Shown here: piece after piece, positions 16,205-26,366 of the stretch | Numbering within the stretch: position 1 is the first letter of the stretch | Layout: every line of letters begins with the position of its first letter | Assembly: GCA_050633245.1 (NCBI GenBank) | Contig: JBOEGD010000041.1 | Location: 1-50,911, forward strand | Length of the DNA stretch: 50,911 nt | Origin: Calditrichia bacterium | GTDB taxonomy: Bacteria > Calditrichota > Calditrichia > RBG-13-44-9 > J075 | Direction: 5' to 3' | Program-made: the position numbers and the translations under genes | Notes under the pieces: model-generated | The model's database searches: none | Seen by the model: only the letters and a program-made list of their open reading frames with translations | Told to the model about the DNA's origin: nothing

Positions 16205-18418
16205 TCAGTAACGGGCCGATAGCGAAAGCTGGACGAAGCGCTTTTTCAGCAGAAAGTCCTGATACCCACTGTTATCCAAAAGGTTATATCCGGCCGCCTG
16301 CAGATTAAATTTTGTTTGTCCGACAGAAAATCGATATCCAACCGAAACGTCAACATCATAGAATGGGTCAATAGTGATGCTGGCTATCTCCTCTTCACCC
16401 GTTACCGGGCTGCGACGGTTATCCAGAGCCAGGCTTTCTCCTTCATGAAACCACACGCCTGTTACGTAGATTCCGCTTCCCGAAATTATATCCATTTGCA
16501 CATTGGTACCGGTTTTCGGTTTGTAGGCGTAAAGAAGCCTGTCCGTCACATCGAGGTAGTTAAAAGATGCACCGAGATTAATGAGATCGCGAATCTGGTT
16601 AAATGCAACAGATGCTTCAACACCGCGGGTTACGTTCCGTCCAATTTGTTGCTGAGTAGTTAACACATCACCCGGACGACTAATCAACTTATTGACAATC
16701 AGATTGCGAAAAACCGCCATCGATGCCTCAAAAGAGCGATAAATCTTGTCTTGAGGAGAATATGTGTAAACAAGCCCCAGTTCCGCAGCATTATTTGTTT
16801 CAGGCTGGAGACGCACAAAAGAACTGTCTGACTGTGACACGTCTTGTAGCCGCACGTAGGCATTATCCAGCAGCGTTTGGATTTTAATATTGCGTCCAAA
16901 GCTACCGTAGGGCTGTAGCTCCCAATCGGGATAGGTGACAATAAAACGGCCGCCAATCGACGGTGAGACAAAGATATCTCCATTAGCGATAAAATCTCCT
17001 CGCAAACCGGCATGCGTATCGTAGGTAATATTTTTAAACCCGGCCAGCTGATTCTTAAAAGCCGCAACACCGGCAGCGCTCCAGCGATTTTCGTATAAAA
17101 AAGCCTGATATCGATCGATGGTAACGTCGCCGCGCTGCTCTGTAGTTGCGCGGTCGAGCTCATCGTGAACATACTCTGCCAGGATATTGAACTCATTCTC
17201 ATTAGTGAGCGAATATTTTTTGACCATTCGCATCGCCAGTCTGTCAGACGTAAAGTCATTGACGATTCTTCCGGGTGCATTCTCGACCGGAAACTGCTCG
17301 ATTCCATCGTCACTGCGATTATAGTTTACATTCAGATCGATATTGTTTAGTAAGGGAAGTTTTCCTTTAAAAGATCCGGCAACTAAATAATTTTCCCGCT
17401 TATTGCGAAACGTTTCGGTTGTATAGTCGAGGTTATAAAAAAAGAGTCGATTACTTATCTCACTGTTTCCGCGATAATAATTGACGCTTAAATTGTGGTT
17501 CTGCTTTACTGTTTCTATAACGCTGGCAGTTAATCGCTGCTCAGCCGGGACATCTTCCCAATAGTTTATTCCCGGTTCAAACTGGTTGTATTGACCAAAA
17601 TAATTCACAATCAGCTTTTCAGATAATGGGATATTCACTTCACCCATGTAGTAGCGCGTTGAGAAACTACCGACTTTAGATTTTAGGTATAACCCGCGCT
17701 TCAGATTCTTTCGGGTAGTAATATTTACAACACCACCAAATGCCCCACTCCCCAAAAGCGCCAGATTTGATCCTTTTAGCAGCTCAATCTTTTCAATACT
17801 TTCCACCGGAATAATTGATAAATCCGCGGCATTTTCAAGACCCACATTATTAATTAGAATACCGTCGACGTAAACATTCACTTCATCAGAGTCGCTTCCG
17901 CGAATTTGAATGGTGCGACCGCTAAGGTCGTTCCCCTGAATCCGAACAGACGAAACAGTTTTAATTAAATCACTCAACTCACTGCTGCCGCGTAGTTCAA
18001 TCTCTTCAAAACTGATTTCATCTTTTGCATGTGGAATTTCCTGCTTTACAAGATCAATCTTATCCGCCTGGATATTCACCGCTTTCTGCTCAAGATTAAC
18101 AGCTTTAAGGCGCACTATCTTCTTCGGCTTATGATCTCGCAGAGCAACGCGATACTCCTGATACCCAACATAACTCACTACGAGCGTGTCAAACCCGGAG
18201 AAGTTTCCTTCAATCAAAAAGTAACCATCCGAATCCGCAGCGGCACCACGTTGCGCCTTTACTAAATATGCGTCGGCTCCCTCGAGCGGCTCGCGAGTGC
18301 GATCATCCACAACCAATCCGCTTACAACAGGAATTTCCTGCGCAATTATAATGCTGCACATTAGCAGCATGAAAACCAATCCCGATGATATAGATAAAGT
18401 TTGTTGCTTTATATTCAT
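16205..18418 (-). CDS. TonB-dependent receptor with N-terminal carboxypeptidase-regulatory-like domain
   Basis: Signal peptide; SGLVVD..T.EPLEGA, VSYVGY; plug motifs IRGS, VYVDG, IEKIELLKG, GAFGGVVNIT; NLLD and terminal aromatic residue (SARY). Confidence 0.9.
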   Translation of the reverse strand: MNIKQQTLSISSGLVFMLLMCSIIIAQEIPVVSGLVVDDRTREPLEGADAYLVKAQRGAAADSDGYFLIEGNFSGFDTLVVSYVGYQEYRVALRDHKPKKIVRLKAVNLEQKAVNIQADKIDLVKQEIPHAKDEISFEEIELRGSSELSDLIKTVSSVRIQGNDLSGRTIQIRGSDSDEVNVYVDGILINNVGLENAADLSIIPVESIEKIELLKGSNLALLGSGAFGGVVNITTRKNLKRGLYLKSKVGSFSTRYYMGEVNIPLSEKLIVNYFGQYNQFEPGINYWEDVPAEQRLTASVIETVKQNHNLSVNYYRGNSEISNRLFFYNLDYTTETFRNKRENYLVAGSFKGKLPLLNNIDLNVNYNRSDDGIEQFPVENAPGRIVNDFTSDRLAMRMVKKYSLTNENEFNILAEYVHDELDRATTEQRGDVTIDRYQAFLYENRWSAAGVAAFKNQLAGFKNITYDTHAGLRGDFIANGDIFVSPSIGGRFIVTYPDWELQPYGSFGRNIKIQTLLDNAYVRLQDVSQSDSSFVRLQPETNNAAELGLVYTYSPQDKIYRSFEASMAVFRNLIVNKLISRPGDVLTTQQQIGRNVTRGVEASVAFNQIRDLINLGASFNYLDVTDRLLYAYKPKTGTNVQMDIISGSGIYVTGVWFHEGESLALDNRRSPVTGEEEIASITIDPFYDVDVSVGYRFSVGQTKFNLQAAGYNLLDNSGYQDFLLKKRFVQLSLSARY

Positions 18419-19110
18419 TCAGTAGCCCCTTCTTCCACAAAATAAATCGATTCTGTAAAACCATCCACATCTTCCGCATCAATCTGATGCCCACGCTTGG
18501 TAATGATATAAACAGGTTCGCCATTAATAAATGTCGTTTGAGGAAATGTCTGGCGATACACAGCCGTATTTGCATCGACAGTATCAATCCTTTCCATATC
18601 CAAAAACAACTGCGTATCATCATCATCGCCATCGCGAAAATAGACAGCACACTGAACTTTTGATATGGTCTGCTCACCCTGATAGTCAAAGATTGTTGTC
18701 GTGTAAGTCAAACTGTCGCGAACCGATGAGGCTATCCTGGGCGAGCCATACACCATCGGCCAGACCACGCCAGAGACGCCATCTCGTACCACAAGCGTGG
18801 TATCCAATGTATAATACTTTTCCTGTTCAATACGCACATTAATCGGGCGATCGAACTGCTCGTCTCCGGTTAAGGCATAGTCCAATTGAAAGTCGCCCTG
18901 CCGGTCTGTTGCGGCGCTTTGGCCCTCAAACGAAACCATTGCTTCAAAGACAACTTCACTTCTGTCGAAGGTATTTACAACTTTCCCCGAGACGCCGACA
19001 AACTCTGCAAGCGGCTCTGCAGCATATTGATATCCCAGAAATCGATCGGCCTCACAACCGACGATCACCAAGCAGGTTATCAATACTGTCAAATTACGAA
19101 AAAATCTCAT
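18415..19110 (-). CDS. lipoprotein with carboxypeptidase-regulatory-like domain (paralog B)
   Basis: Lipobox IVGC; colinear similarity to 19138-19824; stop overlaps the TBDR start (ATGA). Confidence 0.8.
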   Translation of the reverse strand: MRFFRNLTVLITCLVIVGCEADRFLGYQYAAEPLAEFVGVSGKVVNTFDRSEVVFEAMVSFEGQSAATDRQGDFQLDYALTGDEQFDRPINVRIEQEKYYTLDTTLVVRDGVSGVVWPMVYGSPRIASSVRDSLTYTTTIFDYQGEQTISKVQCAVYFRDGDDDDTQLFLDMERIDTVDANTAVYRQTFPQTTFINGEPVYIITKRGHQIDAEDVDGFTESIYFVEEGATE

Positions 19111-19137
19111 CACACCACATCTCCCTTCATTCACATA

Positions 19138-19824
19138 TTATCGCGCAGAAAACTTAACCGTTTCAATAAACCCATCCACGTCTGTAGCCTGAATAGACCA
19201 CGGCGCTTCGGTCATTAAGTTTGCTGTAATGCCATTATTTACGACAATGCTGTCGGGTACAGAAACTTCATAGACAGCGGTATTTGCATCTATCTGGCTA
19301 GTTCGAGTCATCAAAAAAGGAGTGTCATGGTTTCTTCGCTCCACCACTCCATCACGATAGGTAACAATCGCCTGAACAGAGGAAAGTGAATTAATGCCCT
19401 GATAATCAAAGACAACCGCGGTAAACACCGGGATTGTCTTTACACTACTCTTAACACGTGGGGCACCATAGGTCATTCGCCAGCTGATATCATTGACATC
19501 TCCACGAATAACCAGCGTTGTATCGAGTGGGAAATATCGATCCTGCGTTATGCGTAAAGAGATCGGTCTGTCGCGAAGAGCATCGGAAGGCAGCACATAG
19601 TTAATGCTGTAGTTTCCTGAAAAATCACTGGACGTTGTTTGACCTTCAAAAGATAACCGGGCCTGTGAAACCGTCTCACTTTCATCAAAAATATTGAGCA
19701 CCTTACCTTCAATCTGCGCAAACGTTTGTAGTGGCTCCGCATCATACTGATAACCGACAAAACGATTGGTATCGCAACTGAGAAATAGACAAACGGCGAG
19801 AATTAGCGCACGCGAAAAGATCAT
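19138..19824 (-). CDS. lipoprotein with carboxypeptidase-regulatory-like domain (paralog A)
   Basis: Lipobox FLSC; CDTNRFVGYQYDAEPL versus CEADRFLGYQYAAEPL in paralog B. Confidence 0.8.
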   Translation of the reverse strand: MIFSRALILAVCLFLSCDTNRFVGYQYDAEPLQTFAQIEGKVLNIFDESETVSQARLSFEGQTTSSDFSGNYSINYVLPSDALRDRPISLRITQDRYFPLDTTLVIRGDVNDISWRMTYGAPRVKSSVKTIPVFTAVVFDYQGINSLSSVQAIVTYRDGVVERRNHDTPFLMTRTSQIDANTAVYEVSVPDSIVVNNGITANLMTEAPWSIQATDVDGFIETVKFSAR

Positions 19825-19948
19825 AATTAAACCGCAATATTGTAAAGAGATGATATAGTGAACTGTGTATAGCCTTTATATGGCAATAAGCAGCAATAGT
19901 TTCATGGAAACTGTCATAAAAACTACAAAAAACAATAACTTGGCGCTG

Positions 19949-20914
19949 TTATAAATGACCAGAGGATTCTGCAAGCGCTTTAAGGTGAGCATAAACGCTC
20001 TCTGCGAGGTTTCGCTGATGATATCCACCCTCAAGCACCGACAGAATCTTACCACCATTCAATGGCTGCAACGTCTTGCGTAGCAAGAGAGTCATTTCTG
20101 CAAATGCCTCGGTCGAAAGCTGCATATTAGCTAATGGATCGTCTGTATGCGCATCGAATCCGGCGGAGAGAATAAACAGGTCAGGACGAAATGCTGTAAT
20201 TGCCGGAAGAACCTTCTGATCCAACAGTTTCAAGTAAACGTCATCACCACAGCCGGGAGGCAGCGGTAGATTTAACGAATATCCGCTCCCTTCGCCCATC
20301 CCGGATTCACTGGCTGCTCCGGTAGAGGGAAAAAGCATCTCCTGATGCATGCTACAAAAAAAGACATCGGCAGTATGTTCAAAACTATAATGAGTTCCAT
20401 TGCCGTGGTGCACATCCCAATCAAAGATAAAGACGCGCTCGAGCTTATGATGTTCAAGCGCATAGCGGGCTGCAATCGCAACATTGTTAAACAGACAAAA
20501 GCCCATCGCCTCGGCATACTCGGCATGGTGACCGGGTGGCCGCACAGCACAGAACACTGAGTCCGTTTGATTAGATACCAGTGCATCCACACCCTCAATC
20601 GCCGCACCCGCTGCGCGAAGAGCGGCTTCAATTGAGTGGGCAGTAACAATTGTGTCACCGCCATCTACAATGCAGGGCTCTGTTCCCACAAGCCCAAGCA
20701 ACGAGTCTACATAGGAAGAATCATGATTTCGCTTCAGCCATTCAACAGCTGCTGGCTGAGGTTTTTTGTGAGTCAGCTGCTCCCAGACCGACTGCTCTTT
20801 TAAATACTCGATAATTATTCGCAGACGATCGGGTGTTTCCGGATGTGCAACGTCTTCAAGATGGCGCAAGAATAGGGGATGATAAAAAAAATGGATGTTT
20901 TTCCAGGGAGTCAT
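19949..20914 (-). CDS. histone deacetylase family zinc amidohydrolase
   Basis: HPETPDRL, RPPGHHAE, GFCLFNN, DWDVHHGNGT, SAGFDAH..DPL, LEGGY. Confidence 0.95.
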   Translation of the reverse strand: MTPWKNIHFFYHPLFLRHLEDVAHPETPDRLRIIIEYLKEQSVWEQLTHKKPQPAAVEWLKRNHDSSYVDSLLGLVGTEPCIVDGGDTIVTAHSIEAALRAAGAAIEGVDALVSNQTDSVFCAVRPPGHHAEYAEAMGFCLFNNVAIAARYALEHHKLERVFIFDWDVHHGNGTHYSFEHTADVFFCSMHQEMLFPSTGAASESGMGEGSGYSLNLPLPPGCGDDVYLKLLDQKVLPAITAFRPDLFILSAGFDAHTDDPLANMQLSTEAFAEMTLLLRKTLQPLNGGKILSVLEGGYHQRNLAESVYAHLKALAESSGHL

Positions 20915-20988
20915 AAGATACTTTTTTAGGAAAGATACTGTCGGAGGAGGATAAATACAATCACTGCTCGATGCAAAGCAAACAAGAC

Positions 20989-22725
20989 CTATTTATAGAT
21001 CGGCAAACGAATACTAAATGTTGCTCCCTTACCGGGACTTGAATCTATGTCGATACGGCCGTGATGCTCTTCAACGATCTTTTTAACAATGGCCAAACCA
21101 AGGCCGGTTCCCTGTTCCTTACCACTTGTTACGAAGGAGTCAAAAAGGCGATCCTGAATCTCGAAGGGTATCCCTGAGCCATTGTCGATAAAATGGAACG
21201 AAACCATATCATCTTCATCATCCACGCGAACGGTGAAGACACCATCAAAATTCATCGCTTCAAGTCCATTTTTACTGATATTGTAAAACACCCGCATAAT
21301 CTTTTCCTCATCAACATGCAAGAGTTTGTCGCTGTTTACTTCGATACGCAGATCGACATTGCCCTTCTGACACATTTGTTCGAGGCGAGGTTTGAAGCGA
21401 CGCAGCACATCAGTAACGCTGGATTTCCGGGGTAGGATACTCGTTTTGCCTTTGGAAAAATCGAGCACTTCTTGAATCATGTTGGTAAGAGATTGAATTT
21501 CCTGACGGATAATATTACCGTAGTCATCACGCTCTTCGATACTCGTATCTACATCTCTCATAAGATCAACAAATCCATAAATCGTATTCACCGGCCCACG
21601 AATATCGTGAACAACAGTGCTCATTAATTGACCGATAGCGGACAGTCTTTCGCGCTTAAGCAGCGTTTCACGCAGGGAATTTAGTTCCGACGCCCGCGAG
21701 ATCTTTTGACCTACCAGCTCAATCATTTTCCGTTCATCTTCAAATCTCTGCATGTGGCCGCTTTGCACGCCAATGGCAAACAGAATACCACTTTTCTCAT
21801 CATCAATATGCACATTGGAAAAAATACGAGCACCTTTTTCAAGATCGAGATCCTCAGGAATGCGAAGCTGTTCATGCAAATCTGGCATACAGTCAATCAG
21901 TAGTTCCAGGGAAGGTTCTTGCAAAAAGCTTCTCATTCCCAGAGAAACAGAGTTAACAACAGTTACCGAAGCCCGCTGCTTATCATCTGCTCCGGCAAAA
22001 CAGAACCCTTCTTCAGTTGGAAAAATCGCAACAACGGTACGCGCCTGAAGGTGTTCAACAGTTTTGCCAAGTAGCTTCTTCAGCATGTCTGAGAGTTCAT
22101 TAACGGAACTCAGCAGCTGCTCAAAATCATATAACAGGTCAATTTCTTTAAACTTCTTTTCCAGGCGATAGTAAAGCCGTGAGTTTGCAATGGAGATGGC
22201 AACCTGCGAAGCCAGCGTCTCCATGAGCGATTCATCATCCCAGGTAAATACGCCGTCTTTTTTATTCAATACCTGAATAACACCAAGAATCTTCTTCCTG
22301 CCGCTATCCATAGTTTGCGGTTCCCAGATGGGCATACATAAGATAGATCGGGTGCGATAGCCGGTTTTAGAGTCTGTCGCCGGGTCGAAGCGATCATCCT
22401 GATAAGCATCAGGAATATTTATTGTGTCACCCGTTTCAGCTACAAAGCCGGAGATCCCTTTACCGATCGGTAAACGAATTTCTTTTACTTCCGCTTTTAA
22501 TGCAATCTTAGACCAGATTTCTCCGGAAGCATGATCTACCAAAAAAAGCGTACTGCGATCCGCTTCCATAAGAATGGTTATTTCTTTCATGATAAGACTG
22601 AGGAGTTCGTCGAGGCGGAGGGTACTGCTTAACGCCTTGCCGATTCGCTGAATAGAATAAAGCTCGCGCTCTTTTTGATCGAGCTGAGAGCGTAGCTCAT
22701 GATAATCCTTATCTGTCTGCTTCAT
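20989..22725 (-). CDS. cytoplasmic GAF-domain sensor histidine kinase
   Basis: GAF domain (AYQDDRFD, GYRTRSILCMP, VLNKKDGVF..DDE); H-box VHDIRGP, N-box NISKNG, DNGSG, LFDSF, GTGLGL; no TM segment. Confidence 0.92.
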   Translation of the reverse strand: MKQTDKDYHELRSQLDQKERELYSIQRIGKALSSTLRLDELLSLIMKEITILMEADRSTLFLVDHASGEIWSKIALKAEVKEIRLPIGKGISGFVAETGDTINIPDAYQDDRFDPATDSKTGYRTRSILCMPIWEPQTMDSGRKKILGVIQVLNKKDGVFTWDDESLMETLASQVAISIANSRLYYRLEKKFKEIDLLYDFEQLLSSVNELSDMLKKLLGKTVEHLQARTVVAIFPTEEGFCFAGADDKQRASVTVVNSVSLGMRSFLQEPSLELLIDCMPDLHEQLRIPEDLDLEKGARIFSNVHIDDEKSGILFAIGVQSGHMQRFEDERKMIELVGQKISRASELNSLRETLLKRERLSAIGQLMSTVVHDIRGPVNTIYGFVDLMRDVDTSIEERDDYGNIIRQEIQSLTNMIQEVLDFSKGKTSILPRKSSVTDVLRRFKPRLEQMCQKGNVDLRIEVNSDKLLHVDEEKIMRVFYNISKNGLEAMNFDGVFTVRVDDEDDMVSFHFIDNGSGIPFEIQDRLFDSFVTSGKEQGTGLGLAIVKKIVEEHHGRIDIDSSPGKGATFSIRLPIYK

Positions 22726-22891
22726 CAAAAAAATCTCTCACTACTTGCTATGGCGGTGTTTGAATAAATGTTTACGCAATGCCTGTTTAGAACAATCGGA
22801 AGAGAGGGCTTTATTGTTAATGATAACTCCGGAGCTCTGCCTGAACTCAAAAAAATATAAGCACAACCTCTGCCCAGTGTAACGAGAAAAA

Positions 22892-22924
22892 TAAAAAGCC
22901 CCTGATGCCAAAGCATCAGGGGCT
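22892..22924 (-). terminator. intrinsic terminator after the STAS gene
   Basis: AGCCCCTGATGC-caaa-GCATCAGGGGCT with an A-run on the left (U-tract on the minus strand). Confidence 0.8.
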
Positions 22925-22954
22925 AAAGTATGACTGGTTGCTACATCCTATCGA

Positions 22955-23296
22955 TTACTCGATAAAATTGGCAACGGCACGCTCGGCTGTTTCAAAGGTA
23001 TCGAAAACTTCTACAAGCTTGGTAATCATAAGAATACTTTTCACTTTTTCCGTAACGCTGGAAAGCTTCAGTGTTCCTTCAGCTTGTTGTAGAGAGCTCA
23101 TGCAAGCCATTAATACACCAAGGCCGGAGCTATTCATCCACTTCACACCCTTGATATCAATAACAACTTTTTTAATACCGTCAGATATAAGGCTTTTAAC
23201 TTTGTCGTGCAGCACGGTGGTTTCAGGGCCTCCCATCATATTCCCTGAAACGGATAGCACGGCAATGTCGCCTTCCATTTTCTCTTTGACTTTCAT
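22955..23296 (-). CDS. STAS-domain anti-sigma factor antagonist (RsbV/SpoIIAA-like)
   Basis: 113 aa; VVID..GVKWMNSSGLGVL phosphoserine motif, ITKL..VF; GAGGAG RBS. Confidence 0.92.
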   Translation of the reverse strand: MKVKEKMEGDIAVLSVSGNMMGGPETTVLHDKVKSLISDGIKKVVIDIKGVKWMNSSGLGVLMACMSSLQQAEGTLKLSSVTEKVKSILMITKLVEVFDTFETAERAVANFIE

Positions 23297-23312
23297 AAGG
23301 TCTCCTCATGCA

Positions 23313-26150
23313 CTAATTGTATGATACCGGTAACTTGACAATGTCACCGGGGAATAACTTTGCTAATTTATTTAAATCATTAAAATAAAGCAAAAGATTT
23401 ACGGGGAATTTATTCCTTTTTCGCGCAATAGTCCAGATATTTTCTCCTGAGCGAACAGTATGATCAATTATTTGAACCTGCGCTACATCTCCAAGCATCC
23501 GACGAATTCGCTCATTATGAAAGTCAGCACGCTTCCTGTGAAACGCTTCTACCGTCTGATTTGAGAAGTCCAGCTTAATAAGTTGCCCCAATTGCATATT
23601 TCGACTACCACGAAGTTGATTCAAGGCGCGGAGTCTTGTCGTTGAAACGTTTAACCAGTCTGCATAGTTCCACAATGTTTCATCCGGGTGAACAAGTATC
23701 GCATTCTCTCGCGGCAAGAGTCGTTTTGCGACAAATGCCAGGATAGTGTTGATATCTACAGTTTGATTAAGCTGCGTATCTACAACAGGCGAATACCCAA
23801 CAGCAGACCTATCTGCTCCACTACTTGGCGAAACCGCAGTCAATGAAGCCGCCTTCGTTGGAATCGACTCCTTATTTACCGCAATAAATGCCGCTTGAGC
23901 AACCGGCGCACCAAAATGATCCGGAGTCGGCCCCGGTTTGCGCATGAGGCTTTTTTGACCCGCAGTAGAAGCAGCAAGTAACGGCAATTCCGCAATGCGA
24001 ATTTCAGACGGCACAACAGCAAGAAAGGTATTTGCACGAAACGCAGCCTTGCGCGTCAGTGGCTCGTCCTGTACCAACGGCTTGTTAAACCCATCGCTTT
24101 CGCGAGCCTCCGCCGCTAAGAGTAAAGACGCTGGAGGCGTTTCATCGATATCAATCGTCGAGGATACAAGAGGTAGCCTGACAGGTGCATTCACATCGGC
24201 CTTAGGCAGAGATGCAATTGGCCTTACCGTTGCCCCGTCGGTGCTGAGCGAAGCAACAACCGGCTCTTCCTTCGAAACGACAATTGAGCTTATGTTATTC
24301 GTTTCAACAGCAAGAAAATCTGTTTGCTCTGTGCCGAGAAGAATGGATGGTGAGCCTTTAACGAGGATTCCCTGTTCAGTAGTTGCTGCGGATAACAGTG
24401 CGGCTTCGCTACTCCAAATTTGATCTTCAGGCAGTGTTGTCGAAAATGAGGTTATTGAAATTATCTGCTCTGAGCCGACATCAACCCCGGGTCTCGCAAC
24501 AGCAGTTTGAAAAGCTTTTATCCGACTTTGAAGCTCTACGTCCAGCGCAGCAATTTGCGCAGTTGTAATGGCTGGATCTTTGATCTCTGGTCTGGTAACT
24601 TCAGCGACAGCAACAGACTCAGATGGCGTCGTTTCTGCTATGGGTTCTGTTTCTACTTCCATACGTACAGCCAGAAACTCCCGTTCATTCTCAGTAAAAG
24701 CAATCGAATTCTCTTCACCAAACGCATTATCATAAACAAATGGCTTACGAGATACGTCCAAATCGTCATTCGAGAAGGCAATCAGCGGCCAGGTGGCTGC
24801 ATCATCTTCTGGAATTGAAAAATGTATAGATGAGAACAAACTATTCACTTCGTTTTCAATGCGGCGCTTTCGTTCTGGTAATCCAGACGTATTCGCTGCT
24901 GACGAATTTCCGGCAGCTGGTAATGCTGCAATTGATGGTTTCCTTGTTAATGAGTTTACAGCGACCTTTCCGGCCAGTAACACATCAGGACTTCCCGGCT
25001 TTGCACCCGGCGCCGACTGCAAATACGCCAAAACGGCGGCCTCATCAGAAGACTCCGGCAGGCGAATCTGATAACCTTTAGGAACAGCTATCTTGCCTTC
25101 CCAAATGTCATCAATAAACCCCGGGTTCAACCAGCGAAGTGAATCCAATGATATTTTTTGGCTGCTTGCCAATTTGGTAAGATTCGTCGCAACGGGAAGC
25201 TTAATCTCGTCAAAGACCAACAGAGGATCTTTCGGGATATTCGGGAAGTAGACATCAACACTATCCATAATTTCCACAACGGCGAGAAACTCCGGATAGA
25301 AGTTCTTTGACGCAAACCCAAAGCTACGGCGCAGATAGCCTTCACGTATCTTCATATAATTTTTGCCAAAGCGTCTTTTCGCTTTACGCATGCTGCCAAG
25401 CCCGTGATTATAAGACGTTAGCGTTAACGCCCAATCTCCAAGTTGGCCATAGTTGTATTTCAGCATTCTGGCAGCTGCACGTGCAGAAACCAGTGGATCG
25501 AACCGTTCATCTTTAATCTTATTGAGTTTCATCAGATTCTTAGCGCTTCCACGCATAAACTGCCACATTCCCGCGGCGCCAACATGCGAAATTACAGCTG
25601 GCTGAAATGAGGACTCGACATGTGGCAAATAGATAAGTTGATCCGGCATGCCTTCCTTATCGAATATGCGCCGAATATGCGGGAGGTAGGCGTAAGAACG
25701 CGTTACACCAGCCATAAAGTTGTTGCGAATCCCCTGCTGTGCGCGAATCCGCTTTGCTGCTTTTAAGAAGGGGTCATCGCCACCTAGCGCCGCAATTTTG
25801 TGATACGCATTCTTTTCCCAACCCAATAGTTTTGAGGTATCGACCTTACCGGCATGCCATTTTTTCAGCCGGTCTTCAATGTCATTTTTTAGGGCACGTA
25901 GGGCCTTATCAACTTTCTTTTCGCTGAGGCTGGAATCGAAGGTGACGCTTTTGTAGACGATCTGTAGCTTTTCACGATCGTGAATCAGGTATTGATTTCG
26001 GTAATATTTGCCAAAAATCAGCTTCCAAAACGCTACTTCTGCATTCAGAGCTTTTCGGTATGGCAGCTCGGACGCATGTTGCCCATTCGCTTCCTGAATC
26101 GGGATCAGAAGCGTTGCACAAAGCAGAATGATGTAGCAACTTGCTTTCAT
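23313..26150 (-). CDS. MltD-like lytic transglycosylase with LysM domains and a long low-complexity linker
   Basis: Signal peptide; LPHVESSF (catalytic Glu), AAGMWQFM, SYNHG, NFYPEF; LysM-like VHPDETLW and HTVRSGENIWTIA. Confidence 0.88.
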   Translation of the reverse strand: MKASCYIILLCATLLIPIQEANGQHASELPYRKALNAEVAFWKLIFGKYYRNQYLIHDREKLQIVYKSVTFDSSLSEKKVDKALRALKNDIEDRLKKWHAGKVDTSKLLGWEKNAYHKIAALGGDDPFLKAAKRIRAQQGIRNNFMAGVTRSYAYLPHIRRIFDKEGMPDQLIYLPHVESSFQPAVISHVGAAGMWQFMRGSAKNLMKLNKIKDERFDPLVSARAAARMLKYNYGQLGDWALTLTSYNHGLGSMRKAKRRFGKNYMKIREGYLRRSFGFASKNFYPEFLAVVEIMDSVDVYFPNIPKDPLLVFDEIKLPVATNLTKLASSQKISLDSLRWLNPGFIDDIWEGKIAVPKGYQIRLPESSDEAAVLAYLQSAPGAKPGSPDVLLAGKVAVNSLTRKPSIAALPAAGNSSAANTSGLPERKRRIENEVNSLFSSIHFSIPEDDAATWPLIAFSNDDLDVSRKPFVYDNAFGEENSIAFTENEREFLAVRMEVETEPIAETTPSESVAVAEVTRPEIKDPAITTAQIAALDVELQSRIKAFQTAVARPGVDVGSEQIISITSFSTTLPEDQIWSSEAALLSAATTEQGILVKGSPSILLGTEQTDFLAVETNNISSIVVSKEEPVVASLSTDGATVRPIASLPKADVNAPVRLPLVSSTIDIDETPPASLLLAAEARESDGFNKPLVQDEPLTRKAAFRANTFLAVVPSEIRIAELPLLAASTAGQKSLMRKPGPTPDHFGAPVAQAAFIAVNKESIPTKAASLTAVSPSSGADRSAVGYSPVVDTQLNQTVDINTILAFVAKRLLPRENAILVHPDETLWNYADWLNVSTTRLRALNQLRGSRNMQLGQLIKLDFSNQTVEAFHRKRADFHNERIRRMLGDVAQVQIIDHTVRSGENIWTIARKRNKFPVNLLLYFNDLNKLAKLFPGDIVKLPVSYN

Positions 26151-26366
26151 TTTACACCAGACATAATCGTTAAACGGTAAGTATGAACTATACACGTAAT
26201 TATCGGCAGATAATTGACAGAGCTAACAGATTCTAAAGTCTTTTGCAGGGGAATAGTCAAAGCTGCACAAAAAGACCGTGATATCTCTATAGAGCACAGA
26301 AATACGCTTTCCTTCTTACGGGAAAAAAATAATGCGCTGATTCGATTACTACTATTAATCGAGGTA

